Positions 55,314-64,000 of a stretch of DNA of 64,000 nt are shown piece after piece. The notes below the pieces were generated by a model. The model made no database searches and was not told where the DNA came from. It worked only from the letters and a program-made list of their open reading frames with translations. The first letter of the stretch is position 1; each line of letters starts with the position of its first letter. This DNA is from Candidatus Dojkabacteria bacterium (lineage in GTDB: Bacteria; Patescibacteriota; Dojkabacteria; B142; OLB20): the NCBI GenBank assembly GCA_035444565.1, contig DAOMOX010000002.1, forward strand, positions 8,013-72,012, read 5' to 3'. The translations under genes were made by a program, and so were the position numbers.

Positions 55314-57464
55314 ATGTCTAACACAAAGGCCAAAAGATATTTGCTTCTGTACACCTTTATAGTAGCAAGTATAATGTTTGTGCTACAAATTACTTTGGTA
55401 AGCTCACCATTCAAAACTGCAGAAGCTGCAATAGATGATCAATCATCTGGTTGGGATGAATGTAATGGATGGACAGAGCCTTCTTATAGAACAAATACTA
55501 CTATTAAAGTAGTAGATGGTAAAACTATTGGAGGTATGCTTCTATGTAGAGACAGAGCACTTAAAAGAGCTGAAAATGGAGAGTTCTACTATCCAGACAT
55601 GATTCCAGGTCTTTCCACTCCACCATCAGGTTCTCGAACAGCAACAACTCCAGGTACAGATAGTCAGTGGTACAAATGGGGAAAAACAGAGACAAAAGAA
55701 CATTTCTTAAGCGAAGGAACGGCATGTGGATTAGGACCAAGAGTTTGTTTACCAACTCCAACACCTACTAAAACACCAAGCCCAACTCCTACGATAAAGC
55801 CAAGTGCTACTCCTACTATAAAACCTAGCGCAACTCCTACTACAAAACCAAGTGCAACACCTACTACAAAGCCTAGCGCTACTCCTACTACAAAGCCTAG
55901 CGCTACTCCTACCACTAAACCAAGTGCAACTCCTACACCAGTAATTGTTCTTTGTAAATTAGGGGATAGAGTTGTTTACGATCAGAATAAAAACGGCATC
56001 CAAGAGATTTATGAACTTGGTGTTAGAAATATCAAGGTTGAACTATACAGTGAAGGAATGAATCTACTAGGGACTGAAGTAACAAATACAAATGGTTTCT
56101 ATGGATTTGATGAATTAGATTGTGATACTAATTATTATGTAAAGTTCTATAAACCTGCAGATTATATCTTCAGCGAACCATTTGTTGGAAACAACAGAGA
56201 ATTAGACAGCAATGCAAATGTTTCGACAGGATTATCTGACATGATTTATCTAACTGGAACCGATCTTTCAATAGATGCACTTATTTACAAAAAAGAAGTG
56301 GTAAATACACCAACACCAAGCATAACACCTACCACAAAGCCAAGTACAACTCCAACTACAAAACCTAGTGCAACACCTACTACTAAGCCAAGCGCTACTC
56401 CAACTACAAAACCTAGTGCAACACCTACTACTAAGCCAAGCGCTACACCTACAGTTGTTCCAAGTCCAACTCCTACAATAATACCTAGCCCAACACCTAC
56501 TACGGTACCTAGCGCTACTCCAACAACAAAGCCTAGCGCAACACCTACAACAGAACCATCTCCTACACCAGTGGTAATCCTCTGTAAAATTGGAGATAGA
56601 GTTGTTTACGACCAGAACAAAAATGGTATACAAGACATTTATGAACTAGGTGTAAAAAATATTAAAGTTGAACTATACGACGAACAAATGAACGTATTAG
56701 CTACTCAAGTTACAAATGATTATGGTTTCTACATTTTCGATGAATTAGTCTGTAATACAAACTATTACATAAAATTCTTCAAACCTGCAGACTATAAATA
56801 TAGTGAAGCTTACGTTGGAAACAACACAGAGCTAGATAGTAATGCAAATGTAGAAACAGGTTTATCCGAAAAAATAATGCTAATAGGAACAGATTTATCA
56901 ATTGATGCATTAATCTACAAAGAACAGATTATTGTCACACCTACTCCTTCAACCGTACCAGAAGTCACACCAACTCCTGGAGTAAAGGGTGAAGACACAA
57001 TATTCGGATTTAGTGTCGATAAAACCATTGTCGGAGATTACAAATACAATGTTGGTGAGCTCGTCACTTACAGAGTTACATTGGAAAATTCGGGTACAGA
57101 CATTATCAACAAAATAACAATGCGAGATGTTTACACAACAAATATGAGAGTAGAAGCTATCTACTTAGTACAAAATGGCACAAGGAGAAATGTTACTAAC
57201 CAATTCTTTGCTAACGACAGTGAAATGGAAAGTGGAAATATTTTACCTCGTGATTCACAAGACAGAACAAAGACTCTTGACATTACTGAAATCACTGGTG
57301 ATATGAATCCTGGTGAAAGTGCGACATTTGAATTTATTTTCAAAGCACACAGCAAAAACTCTCAAGTTTGTAACCAAGCATTTGCTAGTGCAAATAACAG
57401 ATCTGAGATTCCTTCTCAAAAGGTTTGTGTATCTGTAGATGCAGTTGTACCAGTAACTGATTAA
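55314..57464 (+). CDS. Modular surface protein: signal anchor, Cys-containing N-domain, two PT-repeat linkers, two SdrD-B-like (Cna-B-type) domains and a C-terminal DUF11-like conserved-repeat domain
   Basis: N-terminal hydrophobic YLLLYTFIVASIMFVLQITLVSS. Two copies of KLGDRVVYDQNKNGIQEIYELGV…NGFYGFDEL…YYVKFYKPADY (the SdrD B-like D-x-N-x-N-G motif). Linkers (TPTTKPSA)n. The C-terminal domain (…VGELVTYRVTLENSGTDIINKITMRD…VCVSVDAVVPVTD) is shared with the 482-aa paralog. Confidence 0.65.
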   Translation: MSNTKAKRYLLLYTFIVASIMFVLQITLVSSPFKTAEAAIDDQSSGWDECNGWTEPSYRTNTTIKVVDGKTIGGMLLCRDRALKRAENGEFYYPDMIPGLSTPPSGSRTATTPGTDSQWYKWGKTETKEHFLSEGTACGLGPRVCLPTPTPTKTPSPTPTIKPSATPTIKPSATPTTKPSATPTTKPSATPTTKPSATPTTKPSATPTPVIVLCKLGDRVVYDQNKNGIQEIYELGVRNIKVELYSEGMNLLGTEVTNTNGFYGFDELDCDTNYYVKFYKPADYIFSEPFVGNNRELDSNANVSTGLSDMIYLTGTDLSIDALIYKKEVVNTPTPSITPTTKPSTTPTTKPSATPTTKPSATPTTKPSATPTTKPSATPTVVPSPTPTIIPSPTPTTVPSATPTTKPSATPTTEPSPTPVVILCKIGDRVVYDQNKNGIQDIYELGVKNIKVELYDEQMNVLATQVTNDYGFYIFDELVCNTNYYIKFFKPADYKYSEAYVGNNTELDSNANVETGLSEKIMLIGTDLSIDALIYKEQIIVTPTPSTVPEVTPTPGVKGEDTIFGFSVDKTIVGDYKYNVGELVTYRVTLENSGTDIINKITMRDVYTTNMRVEAIYLVQNGTRRNVTNQFFANDSEMESGNILPRDSQDRTKTLDITEITGDMNPGESATFEFIFKAHSKNSQVCNQAFASANNRSEIPSQKVCVSVDAVVPVTD
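55755..55945 (+). repeat. Near-perfect tandem 24-nt DNA repeats encoding (T-P-T-T-K-P-S-A)n; a second block lies at about 56310-56575
   Basis: Visible iterations of actcctactacaaagcctagcgct / actcctactacaaaaccaagtgca in the sequence. Confidence 0.8.
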
Positions 57465-57483
57465 TAAAAGTCTAAGTAACTAA

Positions 57484-57511
57484 AAGGGTGAACTTTGTTC
57501 ACCCTTTTTTG
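57484..57511 (+). terminator. Rho-independent terminator after the 716-aa surface-protein gene
   Basis: aagggtgaactttgttcaccctt hairpin followed by ttttt. Confidence 0.7.
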
Positions 57512-57591
57512 TTAATATTTTCTATCACTCATACCTATGCACAATATGAGTACATGTATGATATAATGTATATATAGTTTTATAAAATATC

Positions 57592-59040
57592 ATGAAAAAT
57601 CTTTTAATTAGTTATACAACACTCATCACATTTATATGCATTACGATGATAAGTTCGCTTCTTATACCTAGTGATGCTAATAATTTTAAAGCATTGAGTG
57701 ATGAAACAAATGGTGTTTCCAGAAGCATTTATTATTGTAGAATGCTAAGATCTGATTTAAATCGAGACCCTCTTAAAGTATGTAATGAATTAATCGGAGG
57801 ATATATGGGTTATGATAAATGGGAGCCGAATTATCAACTAAAAATAGCTCAGAACACTACACTTCAATATTCACAGACTAATCCCCATGACACAAGATGT
57901 TCAGTCGTTCAATGGGATGTCTATGATCAAACCTTTGTTAGATATTCCGCGGATGCAAATAATTATTGTCATTACGAAGAGGGTAATAATCATTGTCTAA
58001 TAAACGGGACAAAGTCAGCTTTCAATTCTGCAGGATTAGATTTACTAAAACAACAATTTGATCAAAAGTGTGTTCCTACAACACCTACAGCTACACCAAA
58101 GCCAACAGCTACCGCTACTCCTAAACCAACCGCAACTCCGAAGCCAACAGCTACCGCTACTCCTAAACCAACTGCTACACCAAAACCAACAGCTACTGCT
58201 ACTCCAAAACCAACAGCTACCGCTACTCCGAAGCCAACAGCTACTGCAACACCAAAACCAACGGCTACTGCTACTCCGAAGCCAACAGCTACTGCTACTC
58301 CGAAGCCAACAGCTACTGCAACACCAAAACCAACAGCTACCGCAACTCCTGAACCAAGTGTCACTCCTAGCCCTACAGCTACAAGTACACCTGTACCAAC
58401 TGCAACAGCTACTCCAACACCTACATTTACACCTACTGTGACTATTACACCTACGCCAACTGTAACAGCTACATTAACACCTACGGTTACACCGACAGTT
58501 ACAATTACAGTTACACCAACGGTTACTGCAACACCAGTGATAACACCAACCCCACCTGTAATGGGTGATGATAGCGTGTTTGGATTCAATATAAGCAAAG
58601 AAGTTATTGGAAAACTGAACTATCAAGTTGGAGAGTTGATTACTTTTAACGTCAACTTCAAAAATACCGGTACAGAAGTGATTGAAAAACTATACATGAG
58701 AGATATCTATACAACAGATATGCGAGCGGAAAGTGTCACATTAGTTCATAACGAACTTAGAATAGATGTTACAAGTTTATTCTTTAAAGATATGAATGAT
58801 ATGGACACAGGAATGATTCTTCCAAAAAATCCTGTTGAACCACAAGAATTATTAAACTTAATTCAATTAACAGGCCCACTACAAGAAGGAGAGGAATTAA
58901 CACTTGAATTCACATTTAAAGCTGTAAGCAAAAATGATCTAGTATGTAATCAAGCATACACATCACCTAACGGACGAAAAGAGATTCCAAGCACGAAAGT
59001 ATGTGTTGAAATTGATGCAATCGTACCAGTAACGGATTGA
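57592..59040 (+). CDS. Surface protein paralog: signal anchor, six-Cys N-domain (shared with the 13516-14721 ORF), long (PTATATPK)n linker, DUF11-like C-terminal domain (shared with the 716-aa protein)
   Basis: [46 protein letters not shown]…[10 protein letters not shown]…[16 protein letters not shown]…FDQKCVP. The C-terminus [42 protein letters not shown]…[13 protein letters not shown]. Confidence 0.65.
   Translation: MKNLLISYTTLITFICITMISSLLIPSDANNFKALSDETNGVSRSIYYCRMLRSDLNRDPLKVCNELIGGYMGYDKWEPNYQLKIAQNTTLQYSQTNPHDTRCSVVQWDVYDQTFVRYSADANNYCHYEEGNNHCLINGTKSAFNSAGLDLLKQQFDQKCVPTTPTATPKPTATATPKPTATPKPTATATPKPTATPKPTATATPKPTATATPKPTATATPKPTATATPKPTATATPKPTATATPKPTATATPEPSVTPSPTATSTPVPTATATPTPTFTPTVTITPTPTVTATLTPTVTPTVTITVTPTVTATPVITPTPPVMGDDSVFGFNISKEVIGKLNYQVGELITFNVNFKNTGTEVIEKLYMRDIYTTDMRAESVTLVHNELRIDVTSLFFKDMNDMDTGMILPKNPVEPQELLNLIQLTGPLQEGEELTLEFTFKAVSKNDLVCNQAYTSPNGRKEIPSTKVCVEIDAIVPVTD
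58075..58565 (+). repeat. Tandem 15/27-nt DNA repeats (ccaacagctaccgctactccgaag…) encoding the PTATATPK linker
   Basis: Directly visible near-identical iterations across about 490 nt. They create spurious long antisense and alternate-frame ORFs. Confidence 0.8.
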
Positions 59041-59061
59041 GTTTTATAGAAAAAATTTTAA

Positions 59062-59090
59062 AAGGGTGGAGAATTCTTCACCCTTTTTTT
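59062..59090. terminator. Bidirectional rho-independent terminator shared by the convergent 482-aa gene and thpR
   Basis: aagggtggagaattcttcaccctt hairpin flanked by A-runs on one side and T-runs on the other. Confidence 0.65.
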
Positions 59091-59686
59091 AATTCAAAAG
59101 TTGCAAGATTAAAATAACTGGTTGTGTTATCTTTGAAAACACTGGAGATAATTTTTACTTCTGAAATCGCGAAGTTCATATTTTGAATCTCTATTGAATT
59201 TACGAAATCTTTGACTTCTCTCGTAAAACTTCTACTAGTATGACCTTTCACTCTTGCGACGGTTATATGGTTAATAAGCTTCCCATGATCTTTCTTTTTG
59301 TTTACGTCCGCTAATCCTAAATCTTTTACATTTTCATGGATAGACTTTGTTAGTTGATTTAATTCACTATCATCTTCTATCGAATAGTATAGATGTGTGG
59401 CTACATTTTGATCTGGAAAACCAAAATTTAATTTGTCAATTTTTACATCAAATGCATTCCAATCATCACAAAGTATAGAAAGATTATTTTTAATTACATC
59501 CAAGCTGTAACCAGATACACCATTTCCCATGAATTGGAGTGTAATGTGTAACTGATCTAATGGTACGAATCTGAAATTTCGTGCGTATTTCTTGAATTTT
59601 CTATTTATATCTCTAAGTTCAGATTTTATTTCTTCTGAGGGTGTTACTGCCAGAAATGCCCTATAATGTTGGTTCTCTTCAAACAT
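59078..59686 (-). CDS. thpR: RNA 2-prime,3-prime-cyclic phosphodiesterase, 2H family (ThpR/LigT-like)
   Basis: Two H-x-T/S-x motifs (DQLHITLQFMG and NHITVARVKG) with the spacing expected for 2H phosphoesterases. 202 aa. Confidence 0.65.
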   Translation of the reverse strand: MFEENQHYRAFLAVTPSEEIKSELRDINRKFKKYARNFRFVPLDQLHITLQFMGNGVSGYSLDVIKNNLSILCDDWNAFDVKIDKLNFGFPDQNVATHLYYSIEDDSELNQLTKSIHENVKDLGLADVNKKKDHGKLINHITVARVKGHTSRSFTREVKDFVNSIEIQNMNFAISEVKIISSVFKDNTTSYFNLATFELKKG

Positions 59687-60248
59687 CAGCTTCCGTTAAC
59701 TCATATTCATCATCACTGTTTCTATACAACATCGAGTATTTTTCAGACGCAATATTTCTAAATAAGAAAGCATTCTTTCCAGACATCTCCAAGCGTTCTA
59801 TAGCCTCTCCAACATGCATTGGTCTATTAGTTTCAAATTTTAGATTTTTAACAACCGGTTTGTAATCGGAATAACTGTAATCTTGCTCAACAAACTCTTC
59901 TGCAGATTCTTTTGCCTCTTTGATTTTCCATGGTTCTTGTTTTTCCCATTTTTTAAATTGTTCTTGGTATCTTGTTAATTTTCTCTTAAGTAGAACTTCT
60001 AAACTATCAATCAGTGCTTCTACAGATACTCCTCTTTCTTCAACTTTAATAAAAATATGAGGCATAGTAACATTGATTTCCATTCTATACTGTTTGTTTG
60101 GTGGATAGTTTTTATTTGAACGAACGTGTACAGTTATGCTTGTAGATTTTGAAAGCAATTCTGCATGTTTCTTTAATTTTGTATTAATATATTCCTTTGA
60201 TTTTTCTGATAATTTAAATCCCTTTTGCACATATGTTGGGTCGACCAT
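59679..60248 (-). CDS. hpf: Ribosome hibernation-promoting factor, long form (HPF/RaiA family)
   Basis: N-terminal domain (KGFKLSEKSKEYINTKLKKHAELLSKSTSITVHVRS…YRMEINVTMPHIFIKVEERGVSVEALIDSLEVLLKRKLTRY) is collinear with HPF. The C-terminal extension fits the long-HPF dimerisation domain. Confidence 0.7.
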   Translation of the reverse strand: MVDPTYVQKGFKLSEKSKEYINTKLKKHAELLSKSTSITVHVRSNKNYPPNKQYRMEINVTMPHIFIKVEERGVSVEALIDSLEVLLKRKLTRYQEQFKKWEKQEPWKIKEAKESAEEFVEQDYSYSDYKPVVKNLKFETNRPMHVGEAIERLEMSGKNAFLFRNIASEKYSMLYRNSDDEYELTEADV

Positions 60249-60282
60249 TATTTATAGAAATAATATAAAGTAGCGGGCAAGT

Positions 60283-61104
60283 TTATATGTGACCTAGTAT
60301 TATTATAACGAAAATAATCACAAATACTGCAAGATATTCGATAATTACCTTCAAATCTAGTGATTTTTCTTCGTAATGATTAACAACAGCGGTGAAGTAA
60401 TAGTATACGAAAGTTGTAAGTATAGTATGTGCGACTATTGAAATGTCAAAGTTCAGTAGCGCGAGGAATGAATTAAAGTATACCAACAACATTGCAAATA
60501 GCATCATTCCGCCTTGTTTATTTATTATATGGTATCTTGCAAGTGTTAAGTAACCCAGAATAATTAACACAGCGGTGTTCATTAATCCAGAGATAATATA
60601 TAACTCTCCCAACAGTGCTGTGACAACGAAAATAGAAAAAGCAAGCATAAATACACTCGCGATACTAATCACGTCATACACATTAGCTGTTTTATTTTCT
60701 AATTTATATTTATTCTCATAGTATGCCTTGATATTTAAAAACAGAATTGAGAATAGAACAAGTGAGATTAATGCAATTACCAAAGCCATATTAAGCTGTG
60801 AATTTGCAAAAACGAATAGAACAATACTCACAAACAATACAGTCGGCATTATTAAATGATGCACCCAATGAGCCTTCCTGTGCTTCTTACTTTTTGATGT
60901 TAATTCGAATTGATCATCAAATGTTGTAGCATAAAACTTAGTACTATAAAGTTCGAAAAGTAGAAGTGTGTATAAACTTATAGAGGCTGCGAAGTAACTA
61001 ATTGCACTAGAGGTATGCAAAATACTGTAAAGCGCCATTATCCCGATAGTTATCATCACTGCATAAATGTATGGACGCTTTGTATATTGGACTAATGTCT
61101 TCAT
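60283..61104 (-). CDS. Polytopic membrane protein, hypothetical
   Basis: Multiple hydrophobic helices. The start overlaps the stop of the CAP-domain gene. Confidence 0.3.
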   Translation of the reverse strand: MKTLVQYTKRPYIYAVMITIGIMALYSILHTSSAISYFAASISLYTLLLFELYSTKFYATTFDDQFELTSKSKKHRKAHWVHHLIMPTVLFVSIVLFVFANSQLNMALVIALISLVLFSILFLNIKAYYENKYKLENKTANVYDVISIASVFMLAFSIFVVTALLGELYIISGLMNTAVLIILGYLTLARYHIINKQGGMMLFAMLLVYFNSFLALLNFDISIVAHTILTTFVYYYFTAVVNHYEEKSLDLKVIIEYLAVFVIIFVIIILGHI

Positions 61105-62576
61105 TAGATTATTGATCCTCCGAATCCTCCCATAAATACAACTAAAATAAGAATTATCATCGCTGAGAGGTGTAGATGTGATTTACTTCGTTTGACACCG
61201 GTAAGCCCCGATCTGTGGATTACATAGAAATCGAACATAAACAATGCAAATAGTATCATTATAAATGCAAAATTGACCTGTGATTGAATACCCCCAGCAT
61301 TAATTGAGCTCAAAAGTGACCCCGAAATAATTGTTCGAATGTCATTACCTTCATAGTCTTGAGCTAAAAAAGAATTATGCTCAAATTGTCCTAGAATCTC
61401 ATTACTTGGCATTTCTAAAACAGTCTGATTTCCTGCAGAATCTTCAGCGGTAATACCTAACACGACCTCACCTTCTAATAATTTTTTAGATAATTGGATT
61501 TCCCATGAACCGTCTTCACTTTTTATAAACAAATCGCTAATTAGATTTGTAGAGACCTTTATTGTATCGTCAGCACTATATATTTTGAATTTAATCATTT
61601 CATCCTCACCTTCTCCAAGATAACTAATTTCCATCTTTTCTTGATCAATCTCTGGTGCAATAGTATCTATTGTAAAGTTCACTACAGGGGATTCATTTAC
61701 CTGTTTATCGTTTATATAACTAACGGCTTTAAGAGTTTTTGCTCCATCCTCTAGAGCTGATGGTCTGAAGCTAAAATTTTCACCTTTCGAATCAACTCTA
61801 CCAACATTAATTTCATTTATAAATATATCTATTACGCTAATGTCAGGTTTAGTACCTTTTATTTCTGGCTGATTGGTATTTAGAACGGCTCCAATTTGTG
61901 GGTCTGTGATATTTGTTCCTGGAATACTTGTAGGAACTACAGTAGGTACAGCTGTTGGTGCTGGTTTGTTTGTGGGTGTTACTGTCTTTGTTGTCACCTG
62001 AGTTACTGGTTTGGCAGTGGGAGCAGGTGCAGTAACTTTTTGTTTAGAACCAAAATGAACAACAACAATTGTATTATTTGGATTTCCTTGATAACTACCA
62101 TAAGCAAATCCGATACCTATTTCTGTGAAATTCCCACTCAATACATTTGCCCTGTGAGTAGGACTGTTCATCCAGGCATTCATTAAAGTACTACTATTCG
62201 TGAAACCCTCCCCAAGATTCTCCCCTGCATATATGTACTCATAACCAGCATTCAAGATAAAACTCCACGGAGATGTTCCAGGAGGACAATAATGATCCCA
62301 ACAGTCAGATGATAACATTGCTTGCGCTTTGTTGGTTGCTGAAGTAACTAATTGGTTGTTGACTGTGAGACCTCCAAGACCATTTGCAGCTCGATTAGAA
62401 TTGTGAAGGCTGTATAAGGTCCCTGCATCTACTGCTGCTTGTACTGTGCTCAATCCTAGTTGACCAACAACAACATTGAAAAGGAAAATAACCAATACAT
62501 AGATAACCAATACAGATCTATGCAAAAGGTATGGAGTGTAGTTGTTTTGAGAGGTTGGCAGTAAAAATCTTCTCAT
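61104..62576 (-). CDS. Secreted CAP/SCP/PR-1-like domain protein with a Pro/Thr linker, an Ig-like region and a C-terminal TM anchor
   Basis: N-terminal signal. CAP-domain motifs HNSNRAANGL, YAGENLGEGF, WMNSPTHRANVL. PT linker TAPAPTAKPVTQVTTKTVTPTNKPAPTAVPTVVP. C-terminal hydrophobic helix. Confidence 0.65.
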   Translation of the reverse strand: MRRFLLPTSQNNYTPYLLHRSVLVIYVLVIFLFNVVVGQLGLSTVQAAVDAGTLYSLHNSNRAANGLGGLTVNNQLVTSATNKAQAMLSSDCWDHYCPPGTSPWSFILNAGYEYIYAGENLGEGFTNSSTLMNAWMNSPTHRANVLSGNFTEIGIGFAYGSYQGNPNNTIVVVHFGSKQKVTAPAPTAKPVTQVTTKTVTPTNKPAPTAVPTVVPTSIPGTNITDPQIGAVLNTNQPEIKGTKPDISVIDIFINEINVGRVDSKGENFSFRPSALEDGAKTLKAVSYINDKQVNESPVVNFTIDTIAPEIDQEKMEISYLGEGEDEMIKFKIYSADDTIKVSTNLISDLFIKSEDGSWEIQLSKKLLEGEVVLGITAEDSAGNQTVLEMPSNEILGQFEHNSFLAQDYEGNDIRTIISGSLLSSINAGGIQSQVNFAFIMILFALFMFDFYVIHRSGLTGVKRSKSHLHLSAMIILILVVFMGGFGGSII

Positions 62577-62859
62577 ATTTCGAATACTTATACTAAATAT
62601 AATAGCAGAAATCAGAAAACTTGAAAGTATTCTCGTTTATTCTTCACCATGACATACGCATAAATGATATAATTAATATATACATTTATTCATTGAATTT
62701 GTGTTAATAATAGGATGAATTTTCAATAAGAAAATATGACAGGAGATTATCAAAAATTAATCAATCTTCTTGAGCAAATTGAAAGAGAAGTTGAGGAACT
62801 TGAAAAAGATATACTTAATATCTACCTCTTTCAGTAGTTGAGTGATTAATCAACCATAA

Positions 62860-63978
62860 TTACACTTTACTTCCTACAGCATCTGAGATGCTATCATATC
62901 CATCTTTTTTCAATAAATCTACGAGCCCGTGATTAATTTGCCCAATTAGTTGCGGGCCGTTGAAAATCATACCTGTAATCATTTGTACCAGATTTGCACC
63001 ATAGCAGATTTTTTCGTATGCACTTTCCGCAGAATCAACTCCTCCAACTCCAATTATTGTAATTTTACTTTTATACTTTTTGTAAGTTAATCTTATTAAA
63101 TTGTTAGATAGCTCTCGTGTTGGAAGTCCACTAACTCCGCCTCTCATATCATCTGGATAATCCTCAGTAATATATTCACTATTTCGATCTTTGTTTAAAT
63201 TTCCAATTATCACACCTGCGATCTTATGTTTAATTGCGGTTTCTACAAGCGGGTCAAATTTATCCCATGGTAAATTAATTGGCATTTTTAGATAAACTGG
63301 TTTTTTAGTTTTTATTTGTCTTAGCGAAGTTAATAAACTATCCAATCGTTCTGGTGTAGAATACGGTTCACCATAAAAAGTGTTTGGACATGAAATATTA
63401 ATTGTGTAATAGTCACCGATATTTGAATTCACTAGTTTTTCGAATGATCCCTTGTAGTCTTCTATACCCTCTTCGAATCCACTAGCTTCTACTGAATTGG
63501 TTCTGGCTATAGATACTCCCAATATATTTCCATTTGAAGATTTATAGTTATTCTTTATTTTGTCAATAATTTTATCAACACCTATGTTTTTTAATCCGTA
63601 GAAAACTACTAAACCCTTATCTTTTTTCAGTCTGTACAATCTTGGCTTCGGGTTTCCTGCGTATGGATGTAATGTCACAGAACCAATCTCTGCGAAACTA
63701 AAGCCGACACTATGAATCACTCTTATCAAATTCGCATCTTTATCAAAACCAGCAGACAATCCGATAGGATTTCTGTAAGTTAAACCATCCACTTTCTGTA
63801 CCAATTTTTCATGGTTAAAATCGAAAAGGAGCTTGGTTACAGATTTGAGGAAAGATACATTCCCTAATGTTTGTCCAACTTTTAGCATTCTATCGTGAAC
63901 ATCTTCTGGATCTTTTTTAAAAAAAATCGGTTTTAAAATTTTTTTGTAACTAATTTCAATTAAATTGGTGAGTATCAT
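62860..63978 (-). CDS. pyrD: Dihydroorotate dehydrogenase (quinone-type / family 2-like) PyrD
   Basis: NPIGLSAGFDKDAN, SFAEIGSVTLHPYAGNPKPRLYRL, the FMN/substrate loops (GGVSGLP), IIGVGGVDSAESAYEKICYGANLVQ. Confidence 0.8.
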   Translation of the reverse strand: MILTNLIEISYKKILKPIFFKKDPEDVHDRMLKVGQTLGNVSFLKSVTKLLFDFNHEKLVQKVDGLTYRNPIGLSAGFDKDANLIRVIHSVGFSFAEIGSVTLHPYAGNPKPRLYRLKKDKGLVVFYGLKNIGVDKIIDKIKNNYKSSNGNILGVSIARTNSVEASGFEEGIEDYKGSFEKLVNSNIGDYYTINISCPNTFYGEPYSTPERLDSLLTSLRQIKTKKPVYLKMPINLPWDKFDPLVETAIKHKIAGVIIGNLNKDRNSEYITEDYPDDMRGGVSGLPTRELSNNLIRLTYKKYKSKITIIGVGGVDSAESAYEKICYGANLVQMITGMIFNGPQLIGQINHGLVDLLKKDGYDSISDAVGSKV

Positions 63979-64000
63979 TTTATTAATTTTTTAACTTCAT

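Noticed and set aside
58058-58598. Long antisense and alternate-frame ORFs across the PT-repeat DNA (58062-58598 minus, 58058-58441 plus; also 55664-55915, 56268-56633, 14100-14235)
   Set aside because: They are artefacts of stop-free tandem repeats. Their translations are low-complexity (GVAVAVGF…, QQLLLL…) and they overlap well-supported surface-protein genes.
1-64000. Alternative genetic code (UGA recoded, as in some CPR lineages)
   Set aside because: Long ORFs of 3726, 1434 and 1414 aa are intact under the standard code, and at least mutS terminates with TGA (10821-10823). Translation table 11 fits.

Overview
AT-rich bacterial chromosomal window with small, tightly packed genes, translated with the standard code (TGA terminates MutS at 10821-10823). 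It is likely a deep-branching low-GC lineage, possibly a CPR/Patescibacteria-like organism, but I cannot assign taxonomy from sequence alone.

Minus-strand block 1-13415: gatD (5-prime partial), a cytidylate-kinase-like P-loop protein, recO, an HxGH cytidylyltransferase, and a ribonucleotide reductase supercluster, followed by mutS. The RNR supercluster is nrdR, a stand-alone class II nrdJ, a translationally coupled 150-aa ORF, a Nudix-like gene and a 1434-aa ORF containing two complete class II RNR catalytic domains.

A PT-rich secreted protein and a tRNA-Leu(UAG) follow; the tRNA is flanked by degenerate tRNA-derived fragments.

Next is a roughly 15.8 kb minus-strand operon of a 106-aa ORF, a 3726-aa single-TM giant protein and a 1414-aa protein carrying two MutS-domain-V-like ATPase modules.

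Downstream are a flavodoxin plus 2-oxoacid:ferredoxin oxidoreductase cluster, a 460-bp array of GC-rich palindromic repeats, miaA, an MFS-like transporter, and a dcw-type cell-wall cluster (mraZ-rsmH-ftsL-ftsI-murA-hyp-ECF sigma-murE). A GC-elevated islet follows with paralogous Gly-rich small membrane proteins.

The remainder holds an archaeal-type AspRS fused to a YbaK-like deacylase domain behind a T-box-like leader, rarA, a beta-helix lipoprotein, secA, a sortase, two paralogous PT-repeat surface proteins, a 2H phosphoesterase, HPF, a CAP-domain protein and pyrD.

No rRNA, CRISPR, integrase or transposase was recognised.
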